NCBI GenBank assembly: GCA_002633005.1 | Contig: NMRA01000298.1 | Coordinates: 282,312-346,311 of the forward strand | Source: Phoronis australis | Taxonomy: Eukaryota > Animalia > Phoronida | Reading direction: 5' to 3' | Length of the DNA stretch: 64,000 nucleotides | Part shown: piece by piece, positions 24,824 through 39,856 of the stretch | How the letters are laid out: each line of letters begins with the position of its first letter | Numbering within the stretch: the stretch's first letter is position 1 | Notes under the pieces: model-generated | What the model was told of the DNA's origin: nothing | What the model saw: the letters and a program-made list of their open reading frames with translations, nothing else | Databases searched by the model: none | Position numbers and translations under genes: made by a program

Positions 24824-25192
24824 CTGATTTGATATGAAGTTGTCAATTCTTATCTTGCTTCCGAGATTTTCTCCCTCTTTCCCCGCTCTTCCCTGCGACA
24901 CCATATCGTGATAACTTTCTTGGGATAAGTAGCATAGTCCTGTATTGCCTTCGTAGTAAGCCGAAGTGCAAACTGCCTGTCTCCTGCAGTAGAGTGCGCA
25001 TTCCATTTCACTTCTCGTGCCAGTTCGTTTCGCAAAGTATGACGGTGAAAATGACGCAGTTGTATTTGTAACCGTACTCGTGAATCCTAGCGAAAGGGCA
25101 GAACATGTTTGAATTTCTTCTGAAAATTGCGTGTCTGATTGACAAAACTTAACGAGGCTTAAAAAAACCGTTGTCCAAATGGACAAAAACAT
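24824..25192 (-). CDS. Gene A exon 1: signal peptide + PAN/apple domain
   Basis: ATG at 25192 with an in-frame TAG upstream (25238-25240). MFLSIWTTVFLSLVKFCQS is a hydrophobic leader. SEMECALYCRRQAVCTSAYYEGNTGLCYL fits the PAN core C-x3-C-x5-C...CxL. Ends NQ|gttaga, phase 0, 369 nt. Confidence 0.85.
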
Positions 25193-28100
25193 AATACGTG
25201 TGGTTATCTCCAAGGATATGGTACTACTGATAGCGTACTACGGGAAGTTTATCGGCCCATTCGTTTTTAGAAAATCAATATAAGAAATCCAATAAACGTA
25301 ACACTCTTGATTTTGCTTCACAATTCAATAGTAGCAATCTGGTAAATTACGAATATTGAAAATCTATAGTACTAGATTTTAAACGCAATCGAATTTGATT
25401 TTCAGAAAACTAGGGGACGGTATTGCATATACCAATAATACAGGGATTATTACTACGCTCTTTCAATACAATAAGCAGGACAAACGACAACCATGACAGC
25501 ATATAAAACTGAAAACTAAATATTATTGAAATTTTAAAATCGACACAATCTGGCTTAAGCTAGCTTAGACATTGGGGTTACAAAATTCCCAAATCTTAGC
25601 GTAGAAGTGGCCAGATGAACTACATGCACGTCTGGAATCTTTGAGTTTGTACACTTCACACTAAGGCACTCGCTGATTGCCTAAATTTTCTCAGTTCTTC
25701 TAGAACTGAATTCACGCTTGTTTCCATGACTAGATATCAAACGAGCTTCGTTTTGGCCATCCGGACAAATACGCTTTTAATAATTTGTCCTACATCAGGT
25801 TGGCTCGAGTGAAATGATCGATCACAATCAAGTATGAATAATATGGGAAGAATTGTTTGAATTTATCTCAAACAACACCTCAACGGTAGTTCAGAGCTAT
25901 TACATGCTGGTACTTGGTAAAGTGACAAATTCACTGTTTGTAACACATCAACAACAAACGAACTGTAATAGCAATCTTTACGTAGCCCAACTCGGGCTTA
26001 TTTTTCCCTTCTAAATTAAAAAAGAATGACTGATAAACCATTTTGCAACTAATGTTTGAGCCCTTCGTCACAGATCCGGCGGATCCGACAGCCGTTTTGT
26101 TGTTGCTATCGACGCGGTTTGAAACACCTCCTATGGATTGAATTTGCGGCTACGAAAATGCATGTATCCGAGATACCCCAGATGATTCGGTCTTGTCGGT
26201 TTTGCTGGAGACCTCCGAGTATCGTGTGGTTATAGAGGGAAATACAGCCAGTTAGTTTTAAACAATAATGCTGCTAACTGGCCGTATTCAATCAAAATAG
26301 TTGAGAATCTGTAAGGGATTTAATCGGTTAATTATTCATAGAATGGCAACACTATAAACTTTCAAAACAATTTTAGGTTGATGCTTAAAAGCGATCGTTC
26401 AGCTTCTCGTCACTTCCTCAGAAGATTCCACACAAGGCACATTGCGTTTCCTTATTTGGTATGGCATAGACATAACATTTTAGTGTCTTCATGCAGCAAC
26501 CAGTGCATCTTTCTTGAGCGCATGCGCGCATATTAACTACATGTATCACGGACGTCGAATTTGAAAACTGCATTGGGTTGAAATAGTTTAATTTCATCTG
26601 TGTTTCAAAAATAGTGAATCTGACGATTTTTTATAGAAATTATTGCAAGATTCAAAGTGAATATGTTCCATGCTAGCATCCCAAAGAAGTACATGTACGT
26701 TCGCCACGATCTGTTAAAAGGTATTTTCTACGAGTTTCCGGGCTGCATACAGTCAAAATGTGAATGAATGCCATGTGGCTGACAAACCGAGGAATCTCAA
26801 CATTTCTCGTGATGCAGTGCGAATATTCAACTAAACGGCAGCCCAGCACTCGTTTTCGTTTCAAAACGCCTTTTCTCTCACACTCACTCAGGGGCTTTGC
26901 TCTTGGCTATTAACGCGCCCGTGCTAATGTATACACACCGCCTGCGTTGGCCATTATTACAGCGCCTAGCAACCAAACATCCAATGCCAAATGATGTAAC
27001 ATTGTCGGTTACAGTAGATTTCGATTGGAAGCCTTAGTCACAAGTAGCCGTTATATAATAAAACCAGAATACAATTTAATATTATTTAACATCTCTGCCG
27101 AAAGCTACATAATTCAAGAGGTGAATTCTCTTTAAAAATAACGCCCAAAATTGATTTTCAAGGTAAAATGGATTAGGTTCATTTGCACATTAATCCATGA
27201 CTATTCGGTAATTGACTACCTTTGAAAAGTCCGTTCACGTTTCAACGAATAAAGCCACATGCTCCTATATTTTCTTCATCCAATATACATGTAAGTGAAC
27301 AATTTATTCTAACAATGCTCTGTAATTGCTTATAGTCACGTGACTGCAGTTTTGAAAGTATTGTTTTGGTCGCTGACATTGTTTTGAAGGCAGCTTTTCG
27401 TGGTCTTGTGTTATCTGAAAACAACTCATATTTTTCTAAATAGCATGATGCGGAATTGCGCCGCCTCGTTGCCTTGAAATAAGCAATCGCTCTTCGTCTA
27501 TGATATCTTCGATTTGCCAATGACGAAAGACACTGTCCCAAAATTATACCTGGACTACAGGTATATATATTTTTAATTTAACCATTAACGAAGCTCGTGG
27601 AAGAACTGTACACCATGTAAAGTTCCTCGGGCGTATGTATAGTATGGAATTCTAGTACTAAAGTCGATGAAGCCTTTCACTTTATCCATTATTAATGAAC
27701 AGTTCTCTAGATTGCATAACAAAACAAAAGTGTCTAGGTGCAAGTGTTTGAACATGTGAAAACAAATATTGGTTTACCGGTTTCAAGGTGGTTAGACAAC
27801 TGCGTTCGAGCTTTACGTATTTATTGAGGGGTACCCATTTATCATCGCGATTATTTACATGTACTTAAATAGGTTTTCAAAAAAAACAAAAAAGTCATTG
27901 TTGCTGCCGATTTCTGAAACATCTAGGCAGGAGAGGGTTATAAAACTACTACTGCGACCACTTCGGATGGGGAGTGGAAATTATGTTTTGAAGTTTTTGG
28001 TTCTACAAACCACTTACAATTATCCATATAATTAATTCTACTGAATATGATGTGATAAAGTATGAGTGCTTTCAAGGCGTTTTACCAGTTGGCATAACAC

Positions 28101-29097
28101 CAATCAAACATTTATTTCACTGATAAACGTCAGACTTTCCAATTACATGTAAACAAAATAGAACTAAATGGTACAATTTCAAGATATAGCCGTTTTATCA
28201 AATTAGACAGCAACTGCCACGTGTGGTTTTACCCTCCAAAAATAGACCATCGTCAAAGTTCGGAATATTTAAGGATCATTGCAATTTTGATTTGACTTTC
28301 TTTTAAAAGAAATTGTAATGCCAACAATGAATGAAAAACGAATTCGTCTCTAATCCTCCAACCTCTTTTTTCTCCCATCCAGCTATTTCAAAGACGATGC
28401 CTTCACAGCTAAAAGATGCCTGTCTAGATGCTCTTCCACCGCCATGGTTACCGTGGTTCGATAACAAATCCTATGTTCCCAACTCAAAGCCTGGTAATCT
28501 CTCTATCCTTTAATTCAATGTCTGTTCGACCTCTTGCTCTAAACCCGGTACATGAGCCCATATGCGCGAAAACTTGCACTTTCATCGGGGGTGTTTTGAA
28601 ATGAGCTGTTACCTCGCCACACTTTTCAGCGAAACGGGGCCGCAAAATTGAAATGTGCTTTGAGCAGAGAACTCTTCAGCAATAAACTGGGTCTCATGGC
28701 CAACTGCGGTACCAGTGGCTGCATTAGTATTACCAATAGCTGGTAAAACTGAAGAAAAATCCATTTTGTTTCTCGTTGATTTATTGCGGATTTCAGAAAG
28801 GCGATGGTCCTGAGACTAAGGAAGCCGTCACTATGAAGTTCTACTTCTCCGGAGCAGAGAATTTCATTTAAAAACTCAAACACACGTGTGATCAGAATAC
28901 ATGTACATGTTAGTTAGCGAACGTAAAAGTTTTTATTTATCGACTTTAAGAGAACACTAGCAAAAAAACTCCCGATCCTCGGATAAAAGGAAAACTTGAA
29001 AAGACACCCAAATAAATAACCGCTACCACTACCACTACCACTACTACTATAATTTAAGCACAAGTCACTTTAATGAACAAATCAAATAATTCTGCTG

Positions 29098-29148
29098 CAA
29101 CAGCTGCTGCTTCTACTGCTGCTTCTGCTGCTGCTACTGCTGCTGCTG

Positions 29149-29215
<67 letters not shown>

Positions 29216-29236
29216 TGCTGCTTCCGCTGCTGCTGC
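29098..29236. repeat. (CTG)n/(CAG)n microsatellite, about 45 triplets, slightly imperfect
   Basis: Visible directly. The poly-Ser and poly-Leu ORFs in the track are by-products of it. Confidence 0.97.
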
Positions 29237-29339
29237 ATGAATGCGTCCAAAACAGTTTGAAAATCACACTAGCGCAACAATGTTACATTAAACATCAATT
29301 ACGGTTCGACAAAATGTCCCCTCGGAACTATAAAATTTA

Positions 29340-32300
29340 GATTTTGTTAAAAAGAAGAAAGTCCAAATTTGGAAAACCCTGACAGAGTTCTGCCAATTAG
29401 CTGTTTTTTAGCCATGGTCAAAGTGATGGCAGCGGTGTTGCCATTTTGTTTAATAGTAATTTTGTATTCAAAGCTCTATTTTTTACTTCGGATACTGAAG
29501 GAAATCTCTTAGTTTTAGAGCTTAAAGTAAATAACTGTTTCTCTATTGTGTTGGTGAATGTTTATGGACCAAACAAGATAGCCCTGAATTTTTTTATTGA
29601 CATTTCACTGAAAATCGCTAATTAAAATAACGATTTTTTGTTTTTGGCGATTTTAATTTGGTCGAAGATTTTCACCTTGAATGTCATAATTTGATGTTTA
29701 TCATCCCTCAACGAAAAAGTTTACATGGTTCAGGACTAACGCGGTTAAAAAATAGTTTATATCATTTTCGGGTTACCCAACAATTACTCTCTCGTATCGA
29801 GAGTGTGAAAATAAAGTCGGGCTACCGATCGGACCATAACAACGTGGTTTTAGCTGTACAATTAACTACTTTCAAAAAAGGAACGGGGTTTTGAAAATTT
29901 AATTACTCACTTCTAAAGACAAGAATATATTAATCTCGTCAAGAATGAGATTCGAACAAAATTTAAGAATTTGACTCTAATAATCTTCAGTTTTATATAT
30001 CTGATCAATTGTTTTTGGAGACGTTATTGTTAAATATTGGAACGGTAACTATTCCATATTGTACATGTATCTCTAAGAAAAAAGAAAAAATAGAAAAGGG
30101 AAAGACTTCGAAGAGCAGATAATGTCCTTTCAAAATAGGTTTACTGTGGCGATCCTGGAATTGCCGTTCTATTGGAAAATAATAAGTCAATATAGGAGGA
30201 TTATCGCAAAAAATACATGCATGGAGTAGTGGTCAGATTGAGAGCTAGCTGGGTTGAAAGTGGCGAGAACCAACAAAATGTTTTTGTGCATTAGAAAAAC
30301 GTAATTTTGTGAACAAGAATGTAACTAAGCTAGTTACATGTAGCTCCAGTAATGATTTTATCAAAGAACAATTCGCTATCCTCTCGGAGGTCATCTTTTA
30401 TTATAAGAATTTATACTCCTGTAAAGACGGGGATCTTGTTGATGTTAATTTAAATGAACTTTTGGCACCGCTTCCAATGCCTAAATTGAACCTGTCTAAC
30501 CGAGTTGAACTTGAAAATTTATCACTTTATGACTTTATTTCTGTTTTTGTTGATAAAGGAAGTTGTTACCTCCGAAAATTTCAAATTTCAGTTGATCCAT
30601 TCTTGTTGTTTTATTTACCGATTTATATTCTTCATTTCACGAAACAACAGTATCCTTGGGAGGATCTGGATCGCCTTATTTAGTTTCAGATATATTTTCT
30701 ACGTTGTTTATCACTTTGGAGGAAATTCATGCAACTCTGAAAGCTTTAAAAAACAACATAATTCCTGGCCAGAGCTTAAATATTATTTGTTCCGATCTTT
30801 TGAATATGGTATCTATAAGGGAGTATTATCTGCAACGCAAAAACCCGTTTTTATCTCAACAATACTAAAAGAAAACAAACCAAGAGAATTCATCAAAATT
30901 GGAGGCCAATTTCACTATTAAATATTACTTACAAAATTTTGAGTGGTTGTATTGCACGACGCTTAAAAAGGCGTAATCGGACCCCTTCTTTATGAGAACC
31001 AATAAGGTTTCATGAAAGGCAGATATATTGGAGAAAACATAAGAATTTTACATGATGTAATTTAATTTTTAGACTCTAAACCCTTTCCCGGACTCCTCTT
31101 AATGATCAATTTTGAAAAAGCTTTCGACTCGGATTCCTGGTCTTTCATGTTGAAGGCATTATCGTTCTTTTAATTTGGCCCAATGTTCATTGACACCGTC
31201 AAAACTCTCTACAACAAATTTTGTTTTTGTGTTCTCCAACATGGATTTTTCTCTGAGTTTTTTGAAATGGGGAGTAGCTGGCTTCATGAAGACCCTACTT
31301 CTCCTTACATTTTGTATTACATGTATGTGTAGAAATATTGGGCATTTTAATTCGACGGGCTAGTGGAATCACTGGGGTCAGGATAGGTGTTTCTGAGTTT
31401 AAACTGATCCAGTACGCCGACGACACGTGTGCTATTCTGAAGTATCTCTTAGAACATCTTTAACTTTAATTGACCAATTTGCGAAATTGTTTGGTTTGAA
31501 GCCAAATAACTAGAAAGCCAGATGTGTTTGGATGGCTTCAAAAAAGACTTTGACGAAATACTTTGTGTCAATGTAAACCTGTTATGGACTAACAAAGCTT
31601 TCATTCATTTTGTGAATTAACTTCTCCAATGGTTATTATACAATGCCACATATTAACTATAGTGGCAGGAAATTCAGAAAATTGTGGGCTCTTGGTCAAT
31701 AAGATTTCTTATTGTTTTAGGTAAAATAAAAGTGGTTAAGACACTTTTATTGCCCAAGATTTTTCATTTGCTTAATTTCTTCCCTAGGCCCTCCACTGAC
31801 ATGAGTCATCAATTAGAGCAAATATTTTTGGCTTCATTTGGAATGGGAAGAATGACAGAGTTAGCCGAAATGAAATTATACAAGATCAGGATAATGGTGG
31901 TTTAAAAATGGTTCATGTTTATTATTTATTAAGTAAACTATTCACCTCAAATACCATATGTGACCTTGCAGAGGTAGTTTGGGGTTGACAAATTGATAAC
32001 TTTTTTAAAACGGGAGACGCTTTCCTTAAAGAAGTAGCTGAAAAACCGACAATCTGTTCTGGAAGGAAGTTTTAAGCGATGTTGTGCTCCTGTTTAAAAT
32101 GTTTGACAAAAATGAAAATACTATTTACTCTCCCCTGTGATATAATTCAATTGAAAGATTAATGTCGGTAGAAAATTTATGTTCTACAAGACCTGGCGTG
32201 AAAGGGGAGTTTATCGTGTGTGTGATTTGTTTAATGCTGAAGGTTCTTTTATGTCATACGAAGAACTTTGTAACAGTTATAACTTTCAACCTCCAATACT

Positions 32301-33010
32301 ACAATACCATGGATTAAGAAGTGCAATCTTTGCAGCGTACAGGAGTCTTAAGAATAGACAAGACAATATCCTTTTACCAAATTTCCCAAGTTATATTTAC
32401 AAAATTTTGCATAATAAATCACAGGCGGTAAGTAATTATGACACCTTAAAACAGACACTTCAGACAGTATGTAAATATAAAAACAAGTGGTCATCTGAGA
32501 AAGATACATACGTTGTTATAAATAATGTAAATTTTAGCGACTCCGACACATGGTGGAGAAAGGTAAATAAACTTCCCTTAAATTGTACAAAAGATATACA
32601 ATTGCGTTCGTTTCAATACCGCTTATGTCACAGAATATTGCCAACCAATAATAATTTGCATAAAATTACAATAAAAATAAGTGATCTATGCTCTTTCTGT
32701 AGTGAACACAGTGAAACTTCGTCTGTTTAGGGAATGTCGTCTTGTCTCCGGTTTCTGGCTCCTGTTTGCTGAATGGTTAAAACAAACATATCATGTAAAT
32801 TTTAGTGTGGACAAAGTAACTGCTTTTTTGGTTTTTGGGAATCACTCAGTCGGAAAATTGTAACAATGATCATACTAGCAAAAATTACGTATTTAGGGAA
32901 GGGTTTGTTAAAAAGCTCATCTTCCGAATGTTCGTAAACTTAATTAAGTTACATGTACATCCTGAAGAAAACACGGTACTTGTTGACTAGTGATTTAATG
33001 TTATTCTTTG
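29340..33010 (+). mobile_element. Near full-length ORF2 of a decayed Tx1/L1-clade LINE
   Basis: APE motifs (SHGQSDGSGVAILFN, VNVYGPN, GDFN, GYRSDH). RT motifs (GFMKGRYIGENIR, NFEKAFDS, QYADDT at about 31410). C-terminal FQYRLCHRILPTN and CSFCSEHSET. Many frameshifts and stops. Confidence 0.9.
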
Positions 33011-36000
33011 TAAACGATGTATACTGTAATTTTTATGGGACATGTAATTATCATACTACAGCAAAACAAAAAATAACCTTAAAACTATTTTTAAATAACC
33101 GTGCCATGTTGAAATTTCGTATTCAGCCTATCGGCGATTAGGTCGTTGGTAGACATGGACAGCGCCACCAACAGATCCCACGTAATGCGGACGTGAGGTT
33201 CAACCAACTGGTACATGTGAATGCATTAACAGCTGCCTGGTATCATTATTCTGGCAAATTCCTTCCCCTTAAGAAAAGGGGAACCTCCTGCAATACCAAA
33301 GGTGAAGGATATCACTCTCCACTGGGAAAAAGAATTGCGCAAATACGAAGACAATCAGGCGGTAACTGACAGAGCTGGAGAAGTCTGCTACCAGCCGATA
33401 TCAAATAGCTAAAGTAAATTATTGAAATTAATCTAATCAAACAACCAACAGGGTTAACAATGTAATTTACTGTTTGGTTTTTAACATAATGTACCACTAT
33501 GTACGTAGTACCTCAATTTTTTCTGCCCACCGATTCTCAGCCGGGATATTTGAAGCGGCTGTCGCTTTCGCTCTGTCCTTATTCTAGAGAGCGCCAATAT
33601 GAAAAGTCCGCTATTCTGTCTAGTTTATTTGGTTTAGAAAACTACTGTACATGGCCATCGTTCAATGTTGGATTGTCCCAGAATTAAAATCTACATAATT
33701 GCTATCGATTTCCCACTGCCTAGTAACGCTGTGATGAATCCGGTCAAAAACAAAAAGTCTAGGTCGTGTTGTCTAGTAAAGTATTTATTGTGCCGGTCTG
33801 ATCAATTTTGCGTTTACCCAGTAAAAGTGTCTTTCAGGTAATCGATTTCTTTAGAAACGTCCCAATGCTTGTTTAAAATGAAATCCAAAACACAGGTCTA
33901 ACAATCTAATGATTTTATACAATACGTAAACACGTAATCAACATTAGAGCCTTTAAAAGTCGTGTTCTTGGCGCAGGATGACAGCATCTACAGTGAAATC
34001 TCCGAACTCGGACTGAACTCTGCATCGGACTCAAAACTTGATCTTCGTGTTGCATTAATCAAGTGCACTACTTCGAAGTTGTATTTTGTCTTGTTAACTG
34101 GCTAAAAATCGAAAATTGATTTAAGACTTTTACTCGCTTTAAATGGGTCCTAGCATTCCTTGCAGTGGTACAAAACTATTTATGGGACCAAGAAAATCAT
34201 CAAAATCATCAGTGAATCATAAATTGCTTCAAACTTTGTTGAGGTTGGCCACCGTTAAATTGTAAATTCGAAAACGATGCGGGTACGCATTGCCTGTGAG
34301 GGACTTCAGTTGGCAACCACAGTTGAATTCTACCACGGTCAAGTATTGATGGGGTCAATTCTGTGTGAATGAAAGTCATGATTCTTATCCTTAACCAACT
34401 CAATGAGACGAAATCCAGCTTTCAGTTCCGAACTAATTCCTTAACTTTGAAGTTCCTAACAGTAAAATTTGTTAAAACACAAAATATAGCGACGATGTGA
34501 ATATGAAGTACATGTACATGTACGTTGAACATTGACAAATGTTTTTAAGAACGAGTTTTATGGCAAAAATGATCCGCCGTAATTCACTGAACCGTGTCCA
34601 TTAGGTGTCATAACGTGGTGTTAGGGAATAACACTGCATAATGCGGGTTATATGAGCCTCCAAGGTACGTCATTAGTGTAAAGGTCACTTATTTGCAGAA
34701 ACTATTGTTTTCACATTTACAAGTTGTCAGTAAATACAACTGCACTTTGTTTAGAGCAGGTGAAGTTAAAATAGCATTGTCATTTAGTTCCTGTTATACA
34801 TCTGCATAGTTAGGAGCATGTAAATTAAATATTTAAGTTAACTTGAAGCTTGACCTGCAAATAGAGATCTCTTATTAAATCGAGCGTCTATTACAGAGAT
34901 TAGACCTCGGTTTCTATTCAGAACACGATTCGGGTTTCTATGGGAAGCTATTTTCGCTATAAGTTGACCAGGTAAGCAAATTTGTACTATTTCACGAGCA
35001 GGTCGGTAAAATAAATTGATACTAACTATTTACTCGACCGAACATTCAACGATCTCATTTGCAGATACTTGTTTCTTGTTGGCCAAATAATCAGATAGGT
35101 GCTATGTACAAGACTAATTTGTCAATGATTTCATTGGCTCACACAACACCACATACATCCTTGATGGTAGAATAGTGATATTGTTCACATTCAGCCCCCA
35201 AACTTCTCGCAGTCTCATCGATTAGTAACATCAAAATCTTGGCCTCCAAATAACACGATTTTTGCTATTTACTCGGTAAACATCAGCCAGCATCATCGCG
35301 GTTACACTTTGTCGGCAAAATAGTCAGACTTCTGCTATTCACGTGACAAATTGGCATGGGTCATAACGTCAGATTATTGTAGTGCAGCATTTACTAAATA
35401 ATCAGGATACTCGTTTTTCGGCAGAATAATATTAGCAGCAAATTATAATGGAAAATTATATTTAAAATTGGTTAGAGTTTGGTTTAATCGAATAAAATTT
35501 CCCAAACTTTGTGTTTTGAAGACACAAACTAGGCATGATGATATTCAAAATGAAACCCATCGTACATGTATACGTCCTTCAATTACATGATTTCTATTGG
35601 ATTTTCGTGAGCCTAAGTAAATAATGCAATTAATCGCGTGACTGCGTTTTTCTTTCTAAAACTCTAATCAAATAAAGCACAATGCTCTATAAATTGTCGA
35701 TTAAACAGTTCGAATTCAAGAACGTCGTTTGCTTTACTTAATCGTTCTTAGCACAGTAAAACTGATCGGTCATGTCATGCCATTCGCGGTGACTCTGAAA
35801 ATATTTTCTTAGTGAGACATCGGCCTTGTTCCATAACCACCTCAAAGCGTAATGTTATGACATGACTTTGTCTAGTGAATGGCAAAAATAATCTTACTTG
35901 GTAGACAAGACTGTTACGTCACAACCATTAACCAATGAGGTCGCCGATGACGTACGTCTACCATGTGAATAGCAAAAAGTCGGCGTAGTTGACCGACATG

Positions 36001-39000
36001 TCTTGTTTATTATCACTTTCTTCGCCGCTATATTATCTTAATACATTAGATATGTGTGTTATTCACGTGTGACGTTCAACTTAGTTTTTTTTTTTTAAGT
36101 TTCTGATCACCACTGGCCTAGACCCTACACTTCTTCCCAAGTCATCAAATCAAAAGCTCTGCCATGCAGTGCCGTATCGTCCACATACAATCATGTGAGA
36201 ACTATGGTTGCTTATATATTGGACTGTATTGGTCACTCTGTGTATTTAGCCAAGTTTCTATAAACTATATATACATATTTTCGGAACGTAGAAAGTCTAT
36301 TCGATTTGGTATTGGCATTTGTATCAATTTTATTAGGTCACCCATTTCTGAGATTATAATGCTCCGAAGTTTGCAAAATTTTTACATCTTTCTATGATCC
36401 TACGTAACGTTAATATTTCTATGGATTCCGTTACTTAACAGTCGTGACTTCTGGCGATTACTCTGGGATAATTTAAATGTCTCATGACTTTAAAGGTTTT
36501 GACGTGTATATGTAAAAGAACATATTCATCGTGGTGGGCGAATGCCATTGAAGTTCTTCTCAACAGTAGATACCTGAACTCCGAAATGTTATATATTAAA
36601 ACCGAGACACGGGTAGCAGTACATGCGAATTTGCTTACTTGAATTCACCTCTGTGGCATTCAACGTGTACGTGTAGATGTATATGTCGTCTAATAGTAAT
36701 CATAATTGTCGTTTCCGAATGTTCGTAAGTCCTTGCTCAGCTTGTACTGTGATGTTCTTTTGACATTTTACGAATCTGACAATAATTAGACAATATCCTT
36801 TTAGTAAAATGTGACAAAAACGGGAAAACAAATAACAAAGCTACGGTATCAATCACATTGTCAAAGTTCGTTTAATATACTTGTACAGTTGAAGGTGTTC
36901 AAGATGAAATATTGAAAGTCCGTTCTAAATCATCATTTCGTTTTATACAATTTTTGAGATTTTTTCCTGAAAATCATAAAACTCCAAGTTTAAATACTCT
37001 CCTATAATTCATAGTATCTAAAAGTTTGGTACGGAACCGACTACCGACTTCAGAGACACGATGTTTTGGGGAAATTTTGAAGTTTGTATTGCCCTACTTA
37101 TCCTCACATGATATGAACTGTAAATCCTGTTAACTCATCTTAGACACGGTCAATCAAAAACGTCAAAATTGCTACAACGTGGCACGAACAGTTACATAAA
37201 ACTCTGATCGTTATTATCGATAAGAAGGTCATTTTACTTATTTGCCTATGTCAAGGGATTGGCGGTTAACGTTCAATAACAAGAGCAATAGTTGATTAAT
37301 TTATTCACGGAAATTCATATTTTACCGAGTTAGGCAATATCGGTGAGACCTAACTGAATGTCAATTGTCCTTGGAAACGCGTTGTGATATTTATGTACTT
37401 AATTGAATTGGTCAATGCGTTGACGCGGTGGTCAATAACAGTCATTAACTAGTGTGGTCTCACAACTGGTCCCCCAGGCAAGACAACTGTCCAGGAACAC
37501 CGGGGCAACGTAGTCTGTAAGATACATTTCTGGAATATTTGCAGAGACAATGCTTTGCTTAAAAAAGAAAGGAAACCGTAAAGTTTCTCCCAAAAAGCAA
37601 CACTTCCCATGGCGTTCGCCAGTATTACACTCTCTGCCCGTAGAAGAGCTCTCGAGAGCAATGGCAGCTTGATTGATACCAACAGATTTGGTAGTAGTTC
37701 ATTAATTTAAAAGATGAAGAGCTGATTCCACTGTCAGACCCTGCCATTGTTTCATCAGTTTAAATTCACTGATCTATTTTAGCTTGATGGCACCGGCTGG
37801 GATCGAAATTCCCACGTTTTATCAGCCGCAGCCACAGAGTGGCTTTGTCGGCGGATACTTCTCCGTAGTGGATGGTTTTGGTCGGCGTATACTCTTCTCC
37901 GCAGTGGGAAATTTATGGACCATGATGTCCTTGTTCAACCATTGATATTTCAGAACAGTTGCCTTTTTTGTAAACCAGAAAAAAACATTGTACAGTACAT
38001 ACGACGGCAGAGCGCTGGAAATTTGTAGGCCGGAAAGCTGTTGAAACGCTGTTCATGACAGGTTGAAACCTCCCGCCCTCATTACTTGGAACCTGTAGGT
38101 GGCGTTAACGCTATGGCGACTAGAGTTAGTGAATTTCTATATGGCGCCCCTGTTTCAAAAGCCAGATCTGCGTATTAAATTAAATGACTAGATTTTGAAT
38201 CATGAAAACAAAATGCCTGTAGAATGAGAGTGTTAATTTTTTACCAATCTGCTATGAGTTGGATCACATGAACCTTAGTTTCTTTTTAGTAATTTTAGCG
38301 AAAAGGTACCCTGATTACAAAACACTGACAAATAAACTTTTCAAATTTGATGTCATGATTCAAGGTGAGATCTTAAAAATGCTGGCACAATTATCTAAAA
38401 TATTATTTCGTTTTCGTTTCATGGAGTTCAAAAATGATTTCATAAAAATCATGAAAGTCATATGTTTTATAGCGCCTCATGCAAAAATGAAACATTTTAA
38501 AACCAATCCCCAATACCGTTGGAAAACAGGTGCATATGAGCAATCTCAAACTCCCATGCAAATACGATCTCTCATTTCAGAAGTATGATGTTCCGAAGTT
38601 ACTCAAATTTAGACATTTTAGGGTGTTAAATGTTCATAACCTTGACCTTCTTATTTATTGTTTCATATGACAAACAAATATAACCAGCTGCGACCATCAA
38701 TGTGCCATGTAGCCGCAATTTTTCAGTAGGTTAGTAGCACCAAAGACGTTAACAAGACTGATCTCATTTGCCGCCGCCATTATTGTGTCGTGGACCGTGG
38801 CGATATCTAGCGGGTGTGTGTGTATGCTCCAACGAAGTACGCGAGGCGTCGAGCTATCATAGCTGATTTAAGTTTGTCAAAATTAAAATTTTGAAGCGTA
38901 TTTGTTTAAGATATTGAGAACAAAAATATGAGCAGTGTATAGGAAAATACATACAGTGTATAGGCAAAATTTTGAGAAAATTAAAGAAAACATTTTGGCT

Positions 39001-39856
39001 GCAAAGTTAATATAAATTACTAAAAATACATCATAAGCAAAACAGTGACTGAGTAATCAGATGAAAGCAGGTGGAAGTATTTGATTGGAAATAGCTTTTT
39101 GCCGCCCCTCCCCTCCCCCACAATATTCCAGGTCTTGATTTCAATTAACAAACTTTTGTTTTGAAATAAAATTGAAAAATCAACGGACTCTTTTCCCTCA
39201 ACCGTCAAACGCTTCCTACACCAATGTCCAAAGACTGCCCTCTTGCGCCATCCAAACACGGGTCCAGATCTTTGTTTCGAAATTCACGCCTTAGGCCATT
39301 CTACATTCAAGCAGGGGGTTCTGTGCCCATTTACATAAAATAGTCCCAAATATCGACTCAACAGGGTCAGATCCAGCATTCTTAAAAAGGGGGTAAGATC
39401 AAAGATTTTTAAAAAAGGTGGATCAGGTCAACAATTTGAAAATTCTAGATTCGATCTCACTAAAATTAAGGTAAAATGGGGGTTCAGAACCCTTTACCCC
39501 CCTTGGATTCGCCCGTGCACAACTGAGTTGCCTAAATCTTTTGCGTAACTACTTGTTTCGTTCTTCACTCACAGATAGTATATTTTTCTATCATTTTATC
39601 TTTACTACGAGCTCCTTGTTTAACGTTTTCTAGTAATATTCTATAATATTTGGGGACTTGGTCCTTAAATTAGGGGCTTTGCATGTAAAGATCCAAACCT
39701 ATTTTCAATAATATTGAGAACTCAACGCACATGTAGAGAACTCAGCAGATTTAGGGAACATAGTGGAGTCGTTGGGGACTGTTTCGTGCGACCGGGCACT
39801 GGACTCCGTGCATCCCAGCCTCGTGGGATCGGAAATGGGTCGCGAATTGAGGTGGG

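Noticed and set aside
409-25192. Assigning the symbol CTHRC1 to gene A
   Set aside because: It has no collagen helix, three divergent C-terminal domains and extra PAN and FN2 domains. It shares a domain with CTHRC1, but orthology is not shown.
29082-29340. Poly-Ser and poly-Leu ORFs
   Set aside because: They are translations of the (CTG)n microsatellite, with no coding context.
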